The notes beneath the pieces were generated by a model. It searched no databases and had not been told where the DNA came from. It saw only the letters and a list, made by a program, of their open reading frames with translations. The translations under genes and the position numbers were made by a program. Below, in pieces: positions 26,393-39,423 of a DNA stretch of 64,000 bases. Every line of letters starts with the position of its first letter. Positions within the stretch are counted from its first letter, which is position 1. This DNA comes from Octopus sinensis (Eukaryota), in NCBI RefSeq assembly GCF_006345805.1, contig NC_043001.1, forward strand, positions 114,018,001 through 114,082,000. The letters run 5' to 3'.

Positions 26393-27639
26393 ACCTCTGC
26401 CAATTACAGAATGATAAGTTAGAGAGAAAGACTGATGGATAATATTTGTTCGTGTATTTCGTCACTTTTAGAAATTCAGTCCTTGAGTGAATGCGTTACC
26501 ATAACCAACCGATATAAGAATTAAATAGATTTGAGCATCTTCAAATTATTGCTTGAAATTTCAATTTGTATTATTTTCTGTAACACGGAGTTGCACTCAC
26601 ATCTATTCATTATTAAGTTTAAGCACGTGAAACGTTCGATATACTTCATACAGTATTTATTGTTAGGTATCATATTTCAATTATATTCATTACGTGCCCT
26701 ATGTCAACCTGATATCGCATGAACAAGGTTGCGCGTGCATTATTCGTAGGGTTATAATCCACAGCCTCCCCCTTTCCACACGTGTCAACGCTCCATTTTC
26801 AGGATTTTTCAATAAGAATATGTTATGATTATATATATTTGAATTAATATTCTAGCTCTTTCCGTAAGTTGAACTATAATATAGCAGTTATCATATTAGT
26901 ACACAAAGGTAGTCACGGCACAAACGGACTCGTCTATACTTCTTGCACTAATTGACGATGAATTGCGCCGACACTGTTTTAAGTCTTCACACAATTCTGC
27001 CCCTCTCGCTAAAACTAACCACACTCTCTCAATCCCTTTGTTGTTTGGATGATTTGAGAAATATATGAAAGTTTTGATTTAGACACAAATAATTGCATTA
27101 TAATTCTTGTAATTTTTCTCATAAGAAAGACGCCTCTTACTCTTCCCCTCATTACTCAGTGAGTTAGGGGTCCTTTTCTAATGAAATGTCAAGAGAAAAA
27201 AAAATGGAACAAATTAACATTTCAAAAAAGAAAAACTAATTGTCTTGGAGTTAAAGCCAAGCACATCCAACAGATAATGGTAATTATTACAATGTCTTCT
27301 TTCATCCTTCTTTCTAATTCTCTGTTCTTTTAATAAAATCTTTTAAGATATTTGTCAACAAAATGAAATGATTTAAGTCATGTCTCGAATTTAAATAATT
27401 GAAAAAATAATTAATTAATACGCAACAACTATAATCAAATTAAAGATGAAAAACCACAAAACACTATAATGAAATTGTGATAACAATGCCTGTGCGTACC
27501 AGATTTTGAAAAATATCTTTATCTTTTATCATTCGTGTGAACACTATCACCAGATTACAATCTTCACCAAGAAGTGATATATACACAGACATGACTTACA
27601 TATATTGGTAGATGTACCAGCGCAAATGAATGCCAACGG

Positions 27640-27900
27640 AAAAGAGATAGTAAAAGCATACCATAAAAAAGTTCTCAGAAATGATAAAGCACCTATAATT
27701 TGAGAAATGCCAAAGCACATAGATAAGGAGTTCAAAGCTAATGAGAACAACATATTGTTCTAATGATCCACCAAAAAAAGAAAAAAAAAAAAGATTCCAA
27801 ATCAACATAGCTCATTCAAAAGATAACAATGCTTTTCTAAAAGAAGCGGAGAAATTGTCGATATACGAAGGTCCGGAAAGAGAAATAGCAGGAATTTCAG
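27640..27900 (+). mobile_element. R4-like restriction-like endonuclease (RLE) domain relic
   Basis: EMPKHIDKEFKAN and KDNNAFLKEAEKLSIYEGPEREI resemble the W-x-MP-x-HTD...RPD and D-x-N-x-x-x-KE-x-EK-x-x-x-Y RLE motifs. Confidence 0.6.
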
Positions 27901-27999
27901 GCGTGCAATTACAATGATACTAAGAAGTTATTCTTGAGATTTGAGGAGACGTTGTTCCCAAACCTCAAAGCAACGTGCCAGCTAGCTAATATAGGGTAG

Positions 28000-28050
<51 letters not shown>

Positions 28051-28254
28051 TGATGATGATAATAATAATCCTTTCTACTTAAAAGAATTAGATATGGCTA
28101 CACAGAGACACTAATAATACTAATAATGAGAAGTTGAAGAAACTGAAGAAAAAGAAGGGGAAGAAGAAGAAGAAGAAGAAGAAGAAGAAGAAGAAGAAGA
28201 AGAAGACGACGACGACCCAGAAAAGGATAGAAAATAAAAGAAAGAACCTATCAA

Positions 28255-28345
28255 TCCTAAATGAAATTAGTAACCAAATAACACTAGCTAAGAAGGTATA
28301 TATCCACAGACATGACAGAGTTGGGGCGTATATTCATTGGATATT
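28255..28345 (+). mobile_element. R4-like LINE fragment (post-CCHC linker)
   Basis: LAKKVYIHRHDRVGAYIHW matches the LA-x3-Y-x2-RHD-x-V-x3-IHW motif. Confidence 0.75.
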
Positions 28346-28589
28346 CAATGTAATCGCACTATGTGAGGTTTACAGTACGTCCCCTATGTTTTCCAGTCCC
28401 TCTGGCAAAGTTTCGAGTGATTATTACTTTAAAAATGTAAAAGTAAGTGACCAAAATAAATTTTACTTACGATAGTAAGTCAACGAGAGAAATTACTTTG
28501 TTCCAGAGCATTGCTAAATAGGAGATCTTTGAGCGGTGATCTAAATGAAAAAAATAAAGAGCAAACTGTCTTTCTTTTCACACGCAGAG

Positions 28590-28908
28590 AAAGAGAGAAT
28601 GAGAGAGAGAGAGAGAGAGAAAGAGTGAGACAGGAAGAGAGACAGACAGACAGGACGAAGGAGAGAGAGGAAAAAGTAATTAAGAATGTGGTGGAGAGCG
28701 ATAGAGCGAACTGTCCTTCTTTTCACACACAGGCAGAAAAATAAGAGAGAGAGAGATAGAAAGAGAGAGAGGCAAACAAACAAAACAAACGAGTGATATA
28801 AAAAGAAACAACGAAAGAACGTGGTGGGGAGAGATAGAGGAAGAGAGACAGGGAAAGAGAGAAAAAGAAATAGAGAGGGTGAGAAAGAAAGAAAGAAAGA
28901 AAGAAAGC

Positions 28909-28971
<63 letters not shown>

Positions 28972-28975
28972 AGAA
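28590..28975. repeat. GA-rich compound microsatellite
   Basis: Directly visible. Confidence 0.9.
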
Positions 28976-29565
28976 CATAACTGAAAATCCATGACAAATG
29001 AATACCTTATGTACATCATCTTACTGCTTGGTGACTCATCAGTTTACACATTTCTTGCATCAGAAATGATCTATCAAAGGAGAATAACTTCCTCGAAATA
29101 GAATACCATCATTCAAACCATGAGACACAACACCTGTATTTGGCCAAATTAGCCCATACATCTTGTGCGGTTTCCGAAATAATGCTATTATCTAAGATTC
29201 AGTCCAAAACGGGGACTGTAATCTGATACATGGAAAATCTCTGCAAAACAATGATGCCCTCCACAAGCATTAATTTTTCCCTTCTTTGCCGAAGAAATAT
29301 TGAACTATTTTCATGGTCATATACCTACGAAAATATATGACTTACAGAAAAGAAACAGGGTTCAATTCGAAGTAGCTCGAAATATAAATCCGGTTATCAT
29401 AACAGTGTATATTAGTATTTATGTCTGAATATTATTATCTTTTGAGACAGCATGGATGCTAGAGCATAGTATTTTATCATTTTTAAGAAATGCTATGTTA
29501 GGATGATTTAAGAAACAAGAGATTTGTTATGGAAATAATTTTTCGTTCAACAATATACATACGCA

Positions 29566-30355
29566 AAGGCGGCGAGCTGGCAGAAACGTTAGCACGCCGG
29601 GCGAAATGCTTATCAGTATTTCGTCTGCCGTTACGTTCTGAGTTCAAATTCCGCCGAGGTCGACTTTGCCTTTCATCCTTTCGGGGTCGATTAAATAAGT
29701 ACCAGTTACGCACTAGGGTCGATGTAATCGACTTAATCCGTTTGTCTGTCCTTGTTTGACCTCTCTGTGTTTAGCCCCTAATGTGTAATAAGGAAATAGA
29801 AACGTTAGCACGCCGGGCGAAATACGTAGCCGTATTTCGTCTGCCGTTACGTTCTGAGCTCAAAGCCTTTCATGCTTTCGGGGTCAATAAATTAAATACC
29901 AGTTACGCACTGGGGTCGATATAATCGACTTAATCTGTTTGTCTGTCCTTGTTTGTTCCCTCCGTGTTTAGCCCCTTGTGGGTAGTAAAGAAATAGGTAT
30001 TTCGTCTGCCGTTACGTTCTAAGTTCAAATTCCGCCGAGGTCGACTTTGCCTTTCATCCTTTCGAGGTCGATAAATTAAGTACCAGTTATGCAGTTGAGT
30101 CGATGTAATCGACTTAATCCGTTTGTCTGTTCTTGTTTGTCCCCTCCATGTTTAGCCCTCTGTGAGTAATAAAAAAAAAAAAAAAACGTTAGCACGCCGG
30201 GCATAATGCTTAGCGTCTTTACGTTCTGAAGTCGACTTTGCCTTTCACCTTTTCGGGGTCGATAAATTAAGTACCAGATGCGTACTGGGTTCGATCTAAT
30301 CGACTGGCTCCCTCTCCCAAAATTTCGTGCCTTGTGCCTAGAGTAGAAAATAATA
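29566..30355 (+). mobile_element. Head-to-tail array of four family A SINE copies
   Basis: Units start at about 29566, 29799, 29998 and 30183. Units 2-4 are 5'-truncated and unit 4 has a different 3' tail. Confidence 0.9.
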
Positions 30356-32084
30356 TTTATACATATACTAAAAGTGTGGGGAAAGGAGAAAAAGTTCATG
30401 TGTGCGTGTGATGAAGAGAGAGAGAGAGAGAAACACATACAAAAAGTGAGAGAGAGCGAGAGAGAGAGAGAGAGAGTCAGAGGAAAATACCTAAGTGGGT
30501 GGCAACATTTATGTAGCATAATGCAGCAAACTTCGTATGTTGACGTTAATTCAGAAGGAATCAGCTTAAATGGACTTTATATGTTTTATCCAAAGGCAAA
30601 ATTCTATGTTGGATATGTTTTTCAATGATAGAATTACTTAATGACAACAGCCTGAAGTCAAGGGAAGGTTATCTTTAAATGTTTATTGTAATATCCTGCT
30701 CATTCGTTAGTCCAAATGAAAATAACTAAATGCTTACTGATTTAGCTAATGAAATGGGAATGTAAACACGTGTTTCACTGGAATCATAATCTTTCGAACT
30801 TGCTAGCAAGCATAGCGTCAATATTCAAGAAAGTTTCATTCGTGGAAATCAAAACAAAATATGGATATATGTGTTCGTGCGCGCGTGGCGAGTGTGCTCG
30901 TGTGTATGTGAAAGCGTTTTACGACATACTCTATATGTTCATTACTGTGGTAGCAAACAAGAGTTTCTTTTTTTTATTTCCTTTCTATAAAGTTACAGAA
31001 TCTGCTCTTTTATGCGGGCTTACGAGTGTATGTGTGTGTTTAACGGACTATGAATATTCTTAGTGATAAAATACCAGTCAGGTATTTCAGGTTCGAGTCA
31101 TTGTAGAGGCATTGCAGCAGTGCCATCGAAAAACTATCCAAAACAGGAATGTATTATATTATGAATATTCTTTGCTTATACACACTGTCTGAAAACAAAT
31201 GTAAAGCAGATAAGGCTTCTTGTGGTAGCAAAGATATATGTATGCCAGAGTGTAGTATATCGCAGCTATTATTCTCATCTGGAATACTGGTTGTTGTACT
31301 TAACTCTACGTTCCCATTCTGTCGTGCCACTGAAAGAGCTACCATGTGCTCGATCTACATGCTGGATATAGACGACACATTTCTCCAAAACAGAAACAAA
31401 AAAATTCTGGGAAAACAACTTCGTCGACATAGGAATAACACATCGAAAATTTTGCTCTAGTTGAAAAAAGAAATGCAGAATGGTCACGGCTGCAATTAAT
31501 TTACATATTGATCTGCACGATCTAGATTGCCCTGAGCCTAATCAAGAAAGCAACACCAACATGAACAATGGCGGGTGGACTCTGTGTAAATTTTTATTAA
31601 AATACAATGTCATTTAAGATTAATAATTAACGGCCTGCTAACACTTCATCCTTGATTAAATGGAATGTTTCCTTCCTCGTTCTTTTCACATCCAGTTGTT
31701 TTTCACTTCCCTCCAGCATTATGATTGCCAAAATCAACCACAGTTAGATCTCTGGTGTGACTGCTGGCAGTGTAACTTTTACAACCATTCATATCAGATA
31801 AGCTGGGATAAGAGCGACGTTCTTCTGTGGTGGTTCACCACAGACTGTTGCACTATCAGGACCCTAGTTTTAAATAGGATGTCGACATCGTTGAATTGTT
31901 TTTCCCTTTGCCCTAGATATATATTCGATCTCCGTCGTGGAAGGTCCTGTTTACTTGTGCATTTCTGACTGTCTCCTATGATTATTACACTTCCACTGCG
32001 ATGCATAAGAGTCTTTCTAACAGTTGTAACTAGAGTTTCAACAGAAGACACAAGCTCTAACCTTATCGCATCACATTGTCTAAG

Positions 32085-32200
32085 CTCGTGGAGCTTAGGT
32101 ATTTTTGCTCAATAAACACTCACACTGCCCGATCTGGGAATCAAAACCACGTTCTTACGACCGCGAGTCCGCTGCCCTAACCACTGGGTCATTGCGCCTC
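32085..32200 (-). mobile_element. SINE family C, 5' portion
   Basis: Reverse complement of ggaggcgcaatgacccagtggttagggcagcggactcgcgg. Confidence 0.85.
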
Positions 32201-32762
32201 CACGCTGCAGCCTGTGCTACTGCTGTCGCTGCTATTAGTACCTCTTGCGCTCTTCAGATTTCGTCAACATATCTACTGCAGGAAGTCAGTACAGTGGAGA
32301 CTACTCCAGCGAAAGCAGTCTTATTGGTTTATGTTCTTCCAGTGCTGTTGCTTTCGTCACATCCACGAGTTGTTGCCGTCGTTTGAATTGATTCTTTGGT
32401 TACTGCTGCTCCCACAACTGCAGTCGTTTCTTCTTCTTCTTCTTCTTCTTCTTCTTCTTCTTCTCTTCTTCTTCTTCTTCTTCCAGTCAGCACTCACGCC
32501 ATTAGCCACAAAGAATAATCTCTAATTCGAGCCTACTCTAAGCTACTAAGAATGCGTGTGGCAACTTGAAGATCCACCCACCACACGCGATAGATAACGG
32601 TTGCACAGGCGCGAAAACTACGTTGTTATCCTCTTTCCGTAAACAGTAGCTTTTAACGGGTGGGGAGCTAAACCATCCTAGAGTACAGAGGATTCGCAAT
32701 CTAGACTAGGATCTGAAAGTTTACCACATAGTGGGTTACACCATGGTTCCTCTGCTTTGTGG

Positions 32763-32940
32763 CAGAGTGAGAGAAAGTTGTGGTTAAAGAGTACAGCGGA
32801 GTTCCCCATCACCTCGCCGGAGCGTCGTGGAGCTTAAGTGTTTTTGCTCAATAAACATTCACAATGCCCGGTCTGGGAATCGAAACTGCGTTCTTATGAC
32901 CGCGAGTCCGCTACCCTACCCACTGGGCCATTGCGCCTCC
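32763..32940 (-). mobile_element. SINE family C, 5' portion
   Basis: Same family as 32085-32200; extends to gagtgagagaaagttgtgg. Confidence 0.85.
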
Positions 32941-33935
32941 ACACTGCTGTCGCTGCTACTGCTGTCACTGACATTACTGCCTCTTGCGCTAAAGTTGCTG
33001 AGACAGCAGTTGCTGATGATGCTGAGCTGATGCTGCCAATTCTCCTGCTGCAGCTGCTGCAACACATTTGTTCTTTGTAACACTGTTTCTGTTATTACTT
33101 TTGTTTTGTTCTCTTGCTGTTGTTATTCCAGTAAACAGCTTCAATTAGCAAGTAAACATAAATAAAGCCAGAGATTTCATCTTGGTAAGAGACCACAAAA
33201 AAGAAGAGATTTTGGCCTGTAATTAACGAGGCAGAAAAATAGAGAAAAATAAGAATCAATTACATAGTAATAAGGCTGACCTATTACGAACCGAAAAATG
33301 TCAGAATTCACAGAATTAAAACGAATTGTGACGGCCTTAAAACTCAGAAAGATAGATAGACATCTACATAGGTTTTCAAGACTTTACTTTGGATGCAACT
33401 GAATATAAAAGCTTGGCATGATTGGGTTGGCCTCACTAACCTACTGCTCAAACAGTATAATGCAAAGCATGATAAACCCTGGTATTAACACCATTCTCTA
33501 CCAGTAATTGCAGCAATATATATATATATATGGAATTTTAAAATTCACACCGTCCAAAGCAAAAACGCCAATGAGGCTGAGATATCGTTAAAAAACGAAA
33601 TATACCTACTCATTTTTTATGGCTATGCCATCTGACAGAAATATGTCTGCTAATGAATATTTTTAAAGTACACAAAACCCAGTCATCGAAAGAGCAGGAT
33701 GTGTCTGGTAATAGAAAACAAATAGAACACCTGGTGTACTTGACAATTTCGTGTTATTAAAAAAGGTGTAAATGAATTACTGGAAGACATCTCGTCGAAA
33801 TACAACATTTATAAAATTTTTAAAATCATCTCCAACAACGCAGGTCACATTTTATATAATGTTTTTTCTTTGTTATACCGAATAATTTATCCTGAATACC
33901 ATTCTATTATACATCCATTATATATATATATATAT

Positions 33936-34142
33936 ATATAATATTAATTAGAGACAAAACCACTATTATGCAAATCAAACAAAGAAAGACTTAATCCAAT
34001 ACATAAAAATTTTATATAAATTAAATATAATTAAGATTAATCTTAATTATATTTAATTTATATAAAAAAATTTATGTATTGGATTAAGTCTTTCTTTGTT
34101 TGATTTGCATAATAGTGGTTTTGTCTCTAATTAATATTATAT
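33936..34142. repeat. Spacerless palindrome, about 103-bp arms, centre 34038/34039
   Basis: aatattaattagagacaaaaccactattatgc...aagatt|aatctt...gcataatagtggttttgtctctaattaatatt. The only difference is in one A/T homopolymer tract. Confidence 0.95.
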
Positions 34143-34236
34143 TATATTTTACTATAAAATTGGATTCAATCATAAATCTGATTTTTCCCTGTAAATTTGG
34201 ATTTATTCCCTAATATTTATTATTATATATATATAA

Positions 34237-34565
34237 AAGACCCCCTTCGGTCATGAATGACCATGGGATTGCACCTAGAAAGTTACCCTCCTAGACACAA
34301 GTCCGGGCAAGGTTGTTTATGGAAGGCTAGCAGTCGCCCATGCATACCAGCCTCCCCTCTCCACGCCACCAGTGTTATCCAAGGGAAAGACAAAGGTCGA
34401 TACAGCTTGGCACCAGTGACGTCGCAACTCATTTCTACAGCTGAGTGAACTGGAGCAACGTGAAATAAAGTGCCTTGCTCGAGAACACAACACGCAGCCC
34501 GGTCCGGGATTCGAGCTCACAACCTCACGATCGTAAGCTCGACGCTCTAACCACTGAGCCATGCG

Positions 34566-34566
<1 letters not shown>
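34237..34566 (-). mobile_element. tRNA-derived SINE family D with CORE-like central domain
   Basis: Minus-strand head gcgcatggctcagtggttagagcg...gagctcgaatccc, then ctcgagcaaggcactttatttcacgttgctccagttcactcagctgtagaaatgagt, which resembles the CORE-SINE domain as recalled. Confidence 0.85.
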
Positions 34567-34647
<81 letters not shown>

Positions 34648-34656
34648 ATATATATA

Positions 34657-34689
<33 letters not shown>

Positions 34690-34709
34690 CATGCATATAT
34701 CGCCTTACC

Positions 34710-34798
<89 letters not shown>

Positions 34799-37700
34799 GG
34801 ATGGATGGATATTGAATCTAAATTAATTCCATATCTTTTTATATCAAGAGTATGCCGTGAAAGACCATCATTAAATGGCAATACCTTCTCTAGGTATCTA
34901 GCTAGCACCTGTTAAGGATTGTTTCATGAAGCAACAACAAAGGAAAAATATGGTAATGCTATACCGAGTGGCTCCCAATATAGATATAACAACACATAGT
35001 AGTTATCTTTAGAATCTATCTAACCGCTGCTTGTAAAGTGTTACAGTACATAATTTCTATAAGGTACAAACATTTAGGGAAAAATGTATATCTCATCTTA
35101 AAAGTCACAGAGATTCAATAAAGTGAGCCCTCGTATATCAAGTAGTACACTTTCGTTACACGCTCAGTTAAACCGTAGCTGTATGCGAAACATTACCGAT
35201 GCAACGATTCGAAGATATAACATCTTATGTTAGCAAAACCAATAACAATAAAACAAACGATAGCGCAAAAATTCTAAAAGAATGAGAATAAAAACTCTCT
35301 TAATAGCATTTCTGCTAACATGAAGCTCCCTCTCTTGGTAGGTGGTTTCTTTCTTTCAATACTTGTATCGCCTCGTTGAAAATCCCTGTTCTAATGGAGT
35401 TGCTGGCACTTATTTTACCTCATTTCCAGGATATTTCAACCGTTTCTCTAGGGACCATTATTGCTGGGCCAGTGATCAAAGAAAATGCTTCTTCGCGTTC
35501 GTTCGTTTTTCATCTCTCTGAAATACAGAATATGCTGAAATGCTGGAGTAGCTGGCGGAGTTTTACTTCACATCTTTATACCTGCAATAGACATGTATTG
35601 TCTGATATATGAACCAAGTAAAGTAAGATAATTGAGAGAGAAAACAGGGCAATATATAAAAAGGTTGATGGAAAAGAATAAAGTGAATAAGAACAAGAAG
35701 AAAAAAGTAGAATAACTTCACGATAAAACACACCGAAAAATATCAAAATTAGGCAAAAAGGATGAAAAGTAAAATGCATTGGATAAAGAAAACATAAATA
35801 CAGAAAAAAACTATAAGATAATAAACGAAGACAGACATAAAGTGGGGACTAATTATAAAGTAGAACCAATTAACAATATAATAATTAAGAGCCAGCAAAT
35901 AAATTTTTAAAATAAATACTTAAAATAATGAAAAGTGTAACACAGAAATAATACAAATTTATAAAATAATAACATAAAGATAATTACTCTACCACTGTTC
36001 ACTCACACAACACTTACCGTTACGTGCAACTTTCGCATTTCCCGCACCAACACTTGGCTCTTTTCTCCCCTCTTGTCACATCAACTGCACTACATAGCAT
36101 TATTATTTGATTCTCTTTCTCGTTTGCAATTTCTCCTCCCGCTATTTATCTCCCTATCCCCATCTCTCTTATCCTGCTCCTGAAAGTGAGAAATGTCTCA
36201 AACGAGCGTTAGATTTTTTCACTCCTAATGGCTGATAAACACACATTATGGCTTTCATCGTTCCTATTAGCATTTTCGAACATAAAATAGGGGAAAACGT
36301 TCCTTCTTTTGTTACTGATATATATAATGTGATAACGAAAACCCAAATCTGCATTTTTCTCTGTACGTCCCTGTGAACATTGTGCTTGGTTAGCTCCACC
36401 TGATACAGCAGAAGTATCCTTATTGATATTCCAACCGTAGCAATAAAATCCTTTTCTTGCTGTATTCCACCAAGGATCGCAGTATGAAAACCATCCTATT
36501 CTAAGACGATCAGTTCCAGACCAAGAGATACCTGACATCTAATTCTATCCGGCCAATCGACTAAGTACATATAGACTAGGTATAAATGTGTGCTTATTGT
36601 TTTACTTCAGTAACACTATATCCCCAAAGTTTCAAGCCTCTTCTTGTGTTTCTCACCGATATCTCATCACCCTTCAAATTTATTTAGATAGATAAGCACA
36701 AAACCATTCATCTCTGGTTGATGGAGTGTAGAAGCATCGACAACAATAAGTATTTTTTCGAAAGGTATAAGAGTACCAATACATAAATATTAAAATTATA
36801 GGAACGGTTGAATTACTATTGCTATTACTATCGCATGTGCCGTTGTTGGTGTCGATGGTAGAAGGGGTGTTTTGCCGTATGTCGGATTGTTTTTGAGTAA
36901 ACTTAGTATCAAAGACATTCCAGCACTATGACTATCTCGGTTTTAGTGTCATCGAGAGCTACATTATTCACTATATATGTTCTTCGTCTAAATTGAGGTG
37001 TTTAATTTCAGGAAATTTCGGCTGCTATTTTGAACGAGTAAATCAAAAGTCATATGGACATTCGTGTTCTTTACAATTGTAGTCGTTTTTATTACCATTG
37101 CAGTGGCCATTCGTGTTGCTGTTGTTGCATCATTGAATTTGTTATAGTTTTTCACAATTTCACCCATCTGCGCAATTCAGTATGATTGCTTAAATCTTAA
37201 ATCTCACTGCTTAATGTTTCAGGTATTTTTGTAAAAAGTCCTATTTTCATTTCATCTTGATACCGGTGTTGTTCATTCAGCAATATAAGTATCAGTGTTT
37301 ATGAGGCTGTGGTTTGATTATCACATTACTTTGCTGCTATATTGCCGATTTTACTGTAAAGAATTCAACGTGAAATTAATTAAAATCTTGCGTCGTATCA
37401 CTATATCTAAATATCCAAGTTTGTTGCAGTATATTAAATATTGATACAAGATATTGTATTGTAATATGATATAGTGTTGCAAAACAAGTCGTTTGAATAC
37501 TTATTAATTTAAATATGAAGCGGTCATTAATTTGCACTCTGCTATTAAGTTTTCTTATCTAATAATGCGCAACTTAATCAGAGAATTCATTACTTGATGA
37601 TTACAAGTTTGTTTATTTCCTCATAGATATTAAGTCATTCTGCTTGGTGTCATTGTAACTTGTCTAACTATATCTTCTATCACTCGTCCTCTCATCTTTC

Positions 37701-38816
37701 TCCATTGCTTATATCAAACATGACGGATCTGTTCTTAATAAGATATGGAAATACTACTTAGCTTCATCCACTAATAAAATCATATTTAAACCAAACATAT
37801 GAAGAAACACTAAAGAGAGCGACTTTTCTCTTTTATGTGACACAAAACATTTAGAATTAATTTTCTTTACAAAATTAATTTTAAAATTTAAAAGCGCAGG
37901 AAATAATGAATCACTTTGGTTATGCTTTTAAGCAAATACTTACAAGACCAATAAACAAAATGGACAAAAATTATATGGTTTCTCACATATTACATCTTAT
38001 AATTCTGAAATGCACAGCCAATGGGAGTGCTATTATTGTATCACAAATTATAAGGCATCGATCTGGCAAATCTTTTGAGAATTGTTAAAAATACCATGCT
38101 CTACGTGTTCCCTCTGTATGCCTTTTGATTTCAAATCCTGAGTACGATACACGTACTAGGGCCATGTAGTCGTCTAAAGCCCCTCCACTCAAAATTGCTG
38201 GTATTTGGTGAGTAAATCAGAAACAATGATATAACTTGAGCTGCGTCTGAAGGAAATCAATAGACAAAATATCCAGAGGTGTTTTGTTAAGTACCATGTG
38301 CACTCCGTTAAAATCGGACCGGAGTCAATGATTCACACTACTGCAGCTGATAAAATAATACCAGTAAAAAATAGGAATCGATATGAAAACTTTGTTAATC
38401 TCCCCAAAAGTATATACAATTCTGCTCTTGTCAGTTATCATTATTGTTGTTATTTCGAGTGGTGGTTTGACAGAAACATTTGTACGTTGAACACAATATT
38501 ATGTTCCGGCTATTTACATTCTGGGTCCAAAATCTCGCCGCGGCCACCTTTGTCATACATCTCTCAGGGAGCGAAAAAACAGTTAATTATAATTGACCAA
38601 CATTTCTTGTGTCTGGATTTCTGTGATTGTGCCTAAATTAGAAAACATTATCATTATTATTATAATTTTTTAAACTCAGCTTTTTTGGGAAATCCTCGAG
38701 TTTTACATGCGTAGCAGGCTTGCTGCCTGCAGCCTAGTTACTATCATCATCATCATCATCACCATTATTATTATTATTATTATTATTATATTATTATTAT
38801 TATTATTATTATTATT

Positions 38817-39370
38817 GAGTGAGAGAGCAGTTCATGCCATCAAAGTGACACTGGGGTAAAATATACGAAGCCCAGTATACCCATCATGACTACCCGTCTG
38901 ATAAGGGTACACCAGGCACATGCATCACAACGATATGTGCGCGACATGGTGATCTCATATCAAGATAAACAGCACATGACCTTGCAGGTGGGGCCCAGTT
39001 AGAATTTTCTTCAGGTTGAGTAGCCCATCCCGCTCAAACGGTCCCTGAATAAGGGTTGCTTAAGGATGTTGAAAGAACCACCCATGTTTCCAGAGGTGAA
39101 CTATTCAAACCCCAAAGAATCCCTCTCAACACATGGCTATGATGCTCCCCCACTACTTCTGCTCGTGATCAGAGATGCACATATCGTCAGCCACTAAGGG
39201 ACATGCTCAACTGGTTAAGGTCAAACAACTGACAAGCAAATCTGTGGTATTGAGCAGAATATTTGCTGTAGCCCATCTTTTATACCAAGACAAAACAATG
39301 TACATGATAACACTTCCAATCAGTTAAGATCAGAAGCCATGAGAGCCACTGCCTGGTACTGCATCAGGGC

Positions 39371-39372
<2 letters not shown>
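38817..39372 (-). mobile_element. Element E: about 555-bp non-coding interspersed repeat embedded in (TAA)n
   Basis: Flanked by (ATT)n at 38764-38816 and 39371-39423. A second copy of its 3' end at 13143-13263 also ends in (AAT)n. No A/B boxes and no ORF seen. Confidence 0.8.
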
Positions 39373-39419
<47 letters not shown>

Positions 39420-39423
39420 TATT

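Noticed and set aside
35430-35530. Minus-strand MKNERTRRSIFFDHWP resembling the start of a BIR domain, within AG/GT bounds (99 nt)
   Set aside because: All three frames of the putative exon contain stops, and no AGF or C2HC motif follows.
36169-36538. Overlapping minus-strand ORFs (109 and 76 aa) and a faint RT-like FILRSLVEYS string
   Set aside because: No diagnostic motif could be confirmed as either exon or LINE.
39320-39372. HDV-like ribozyme at the 5' end of element E (P1-like gccctga/tcatggc)
   Set aside because: No P3/L3 CC, no GG after P1 for P1.1, and no identifiable J4/2.
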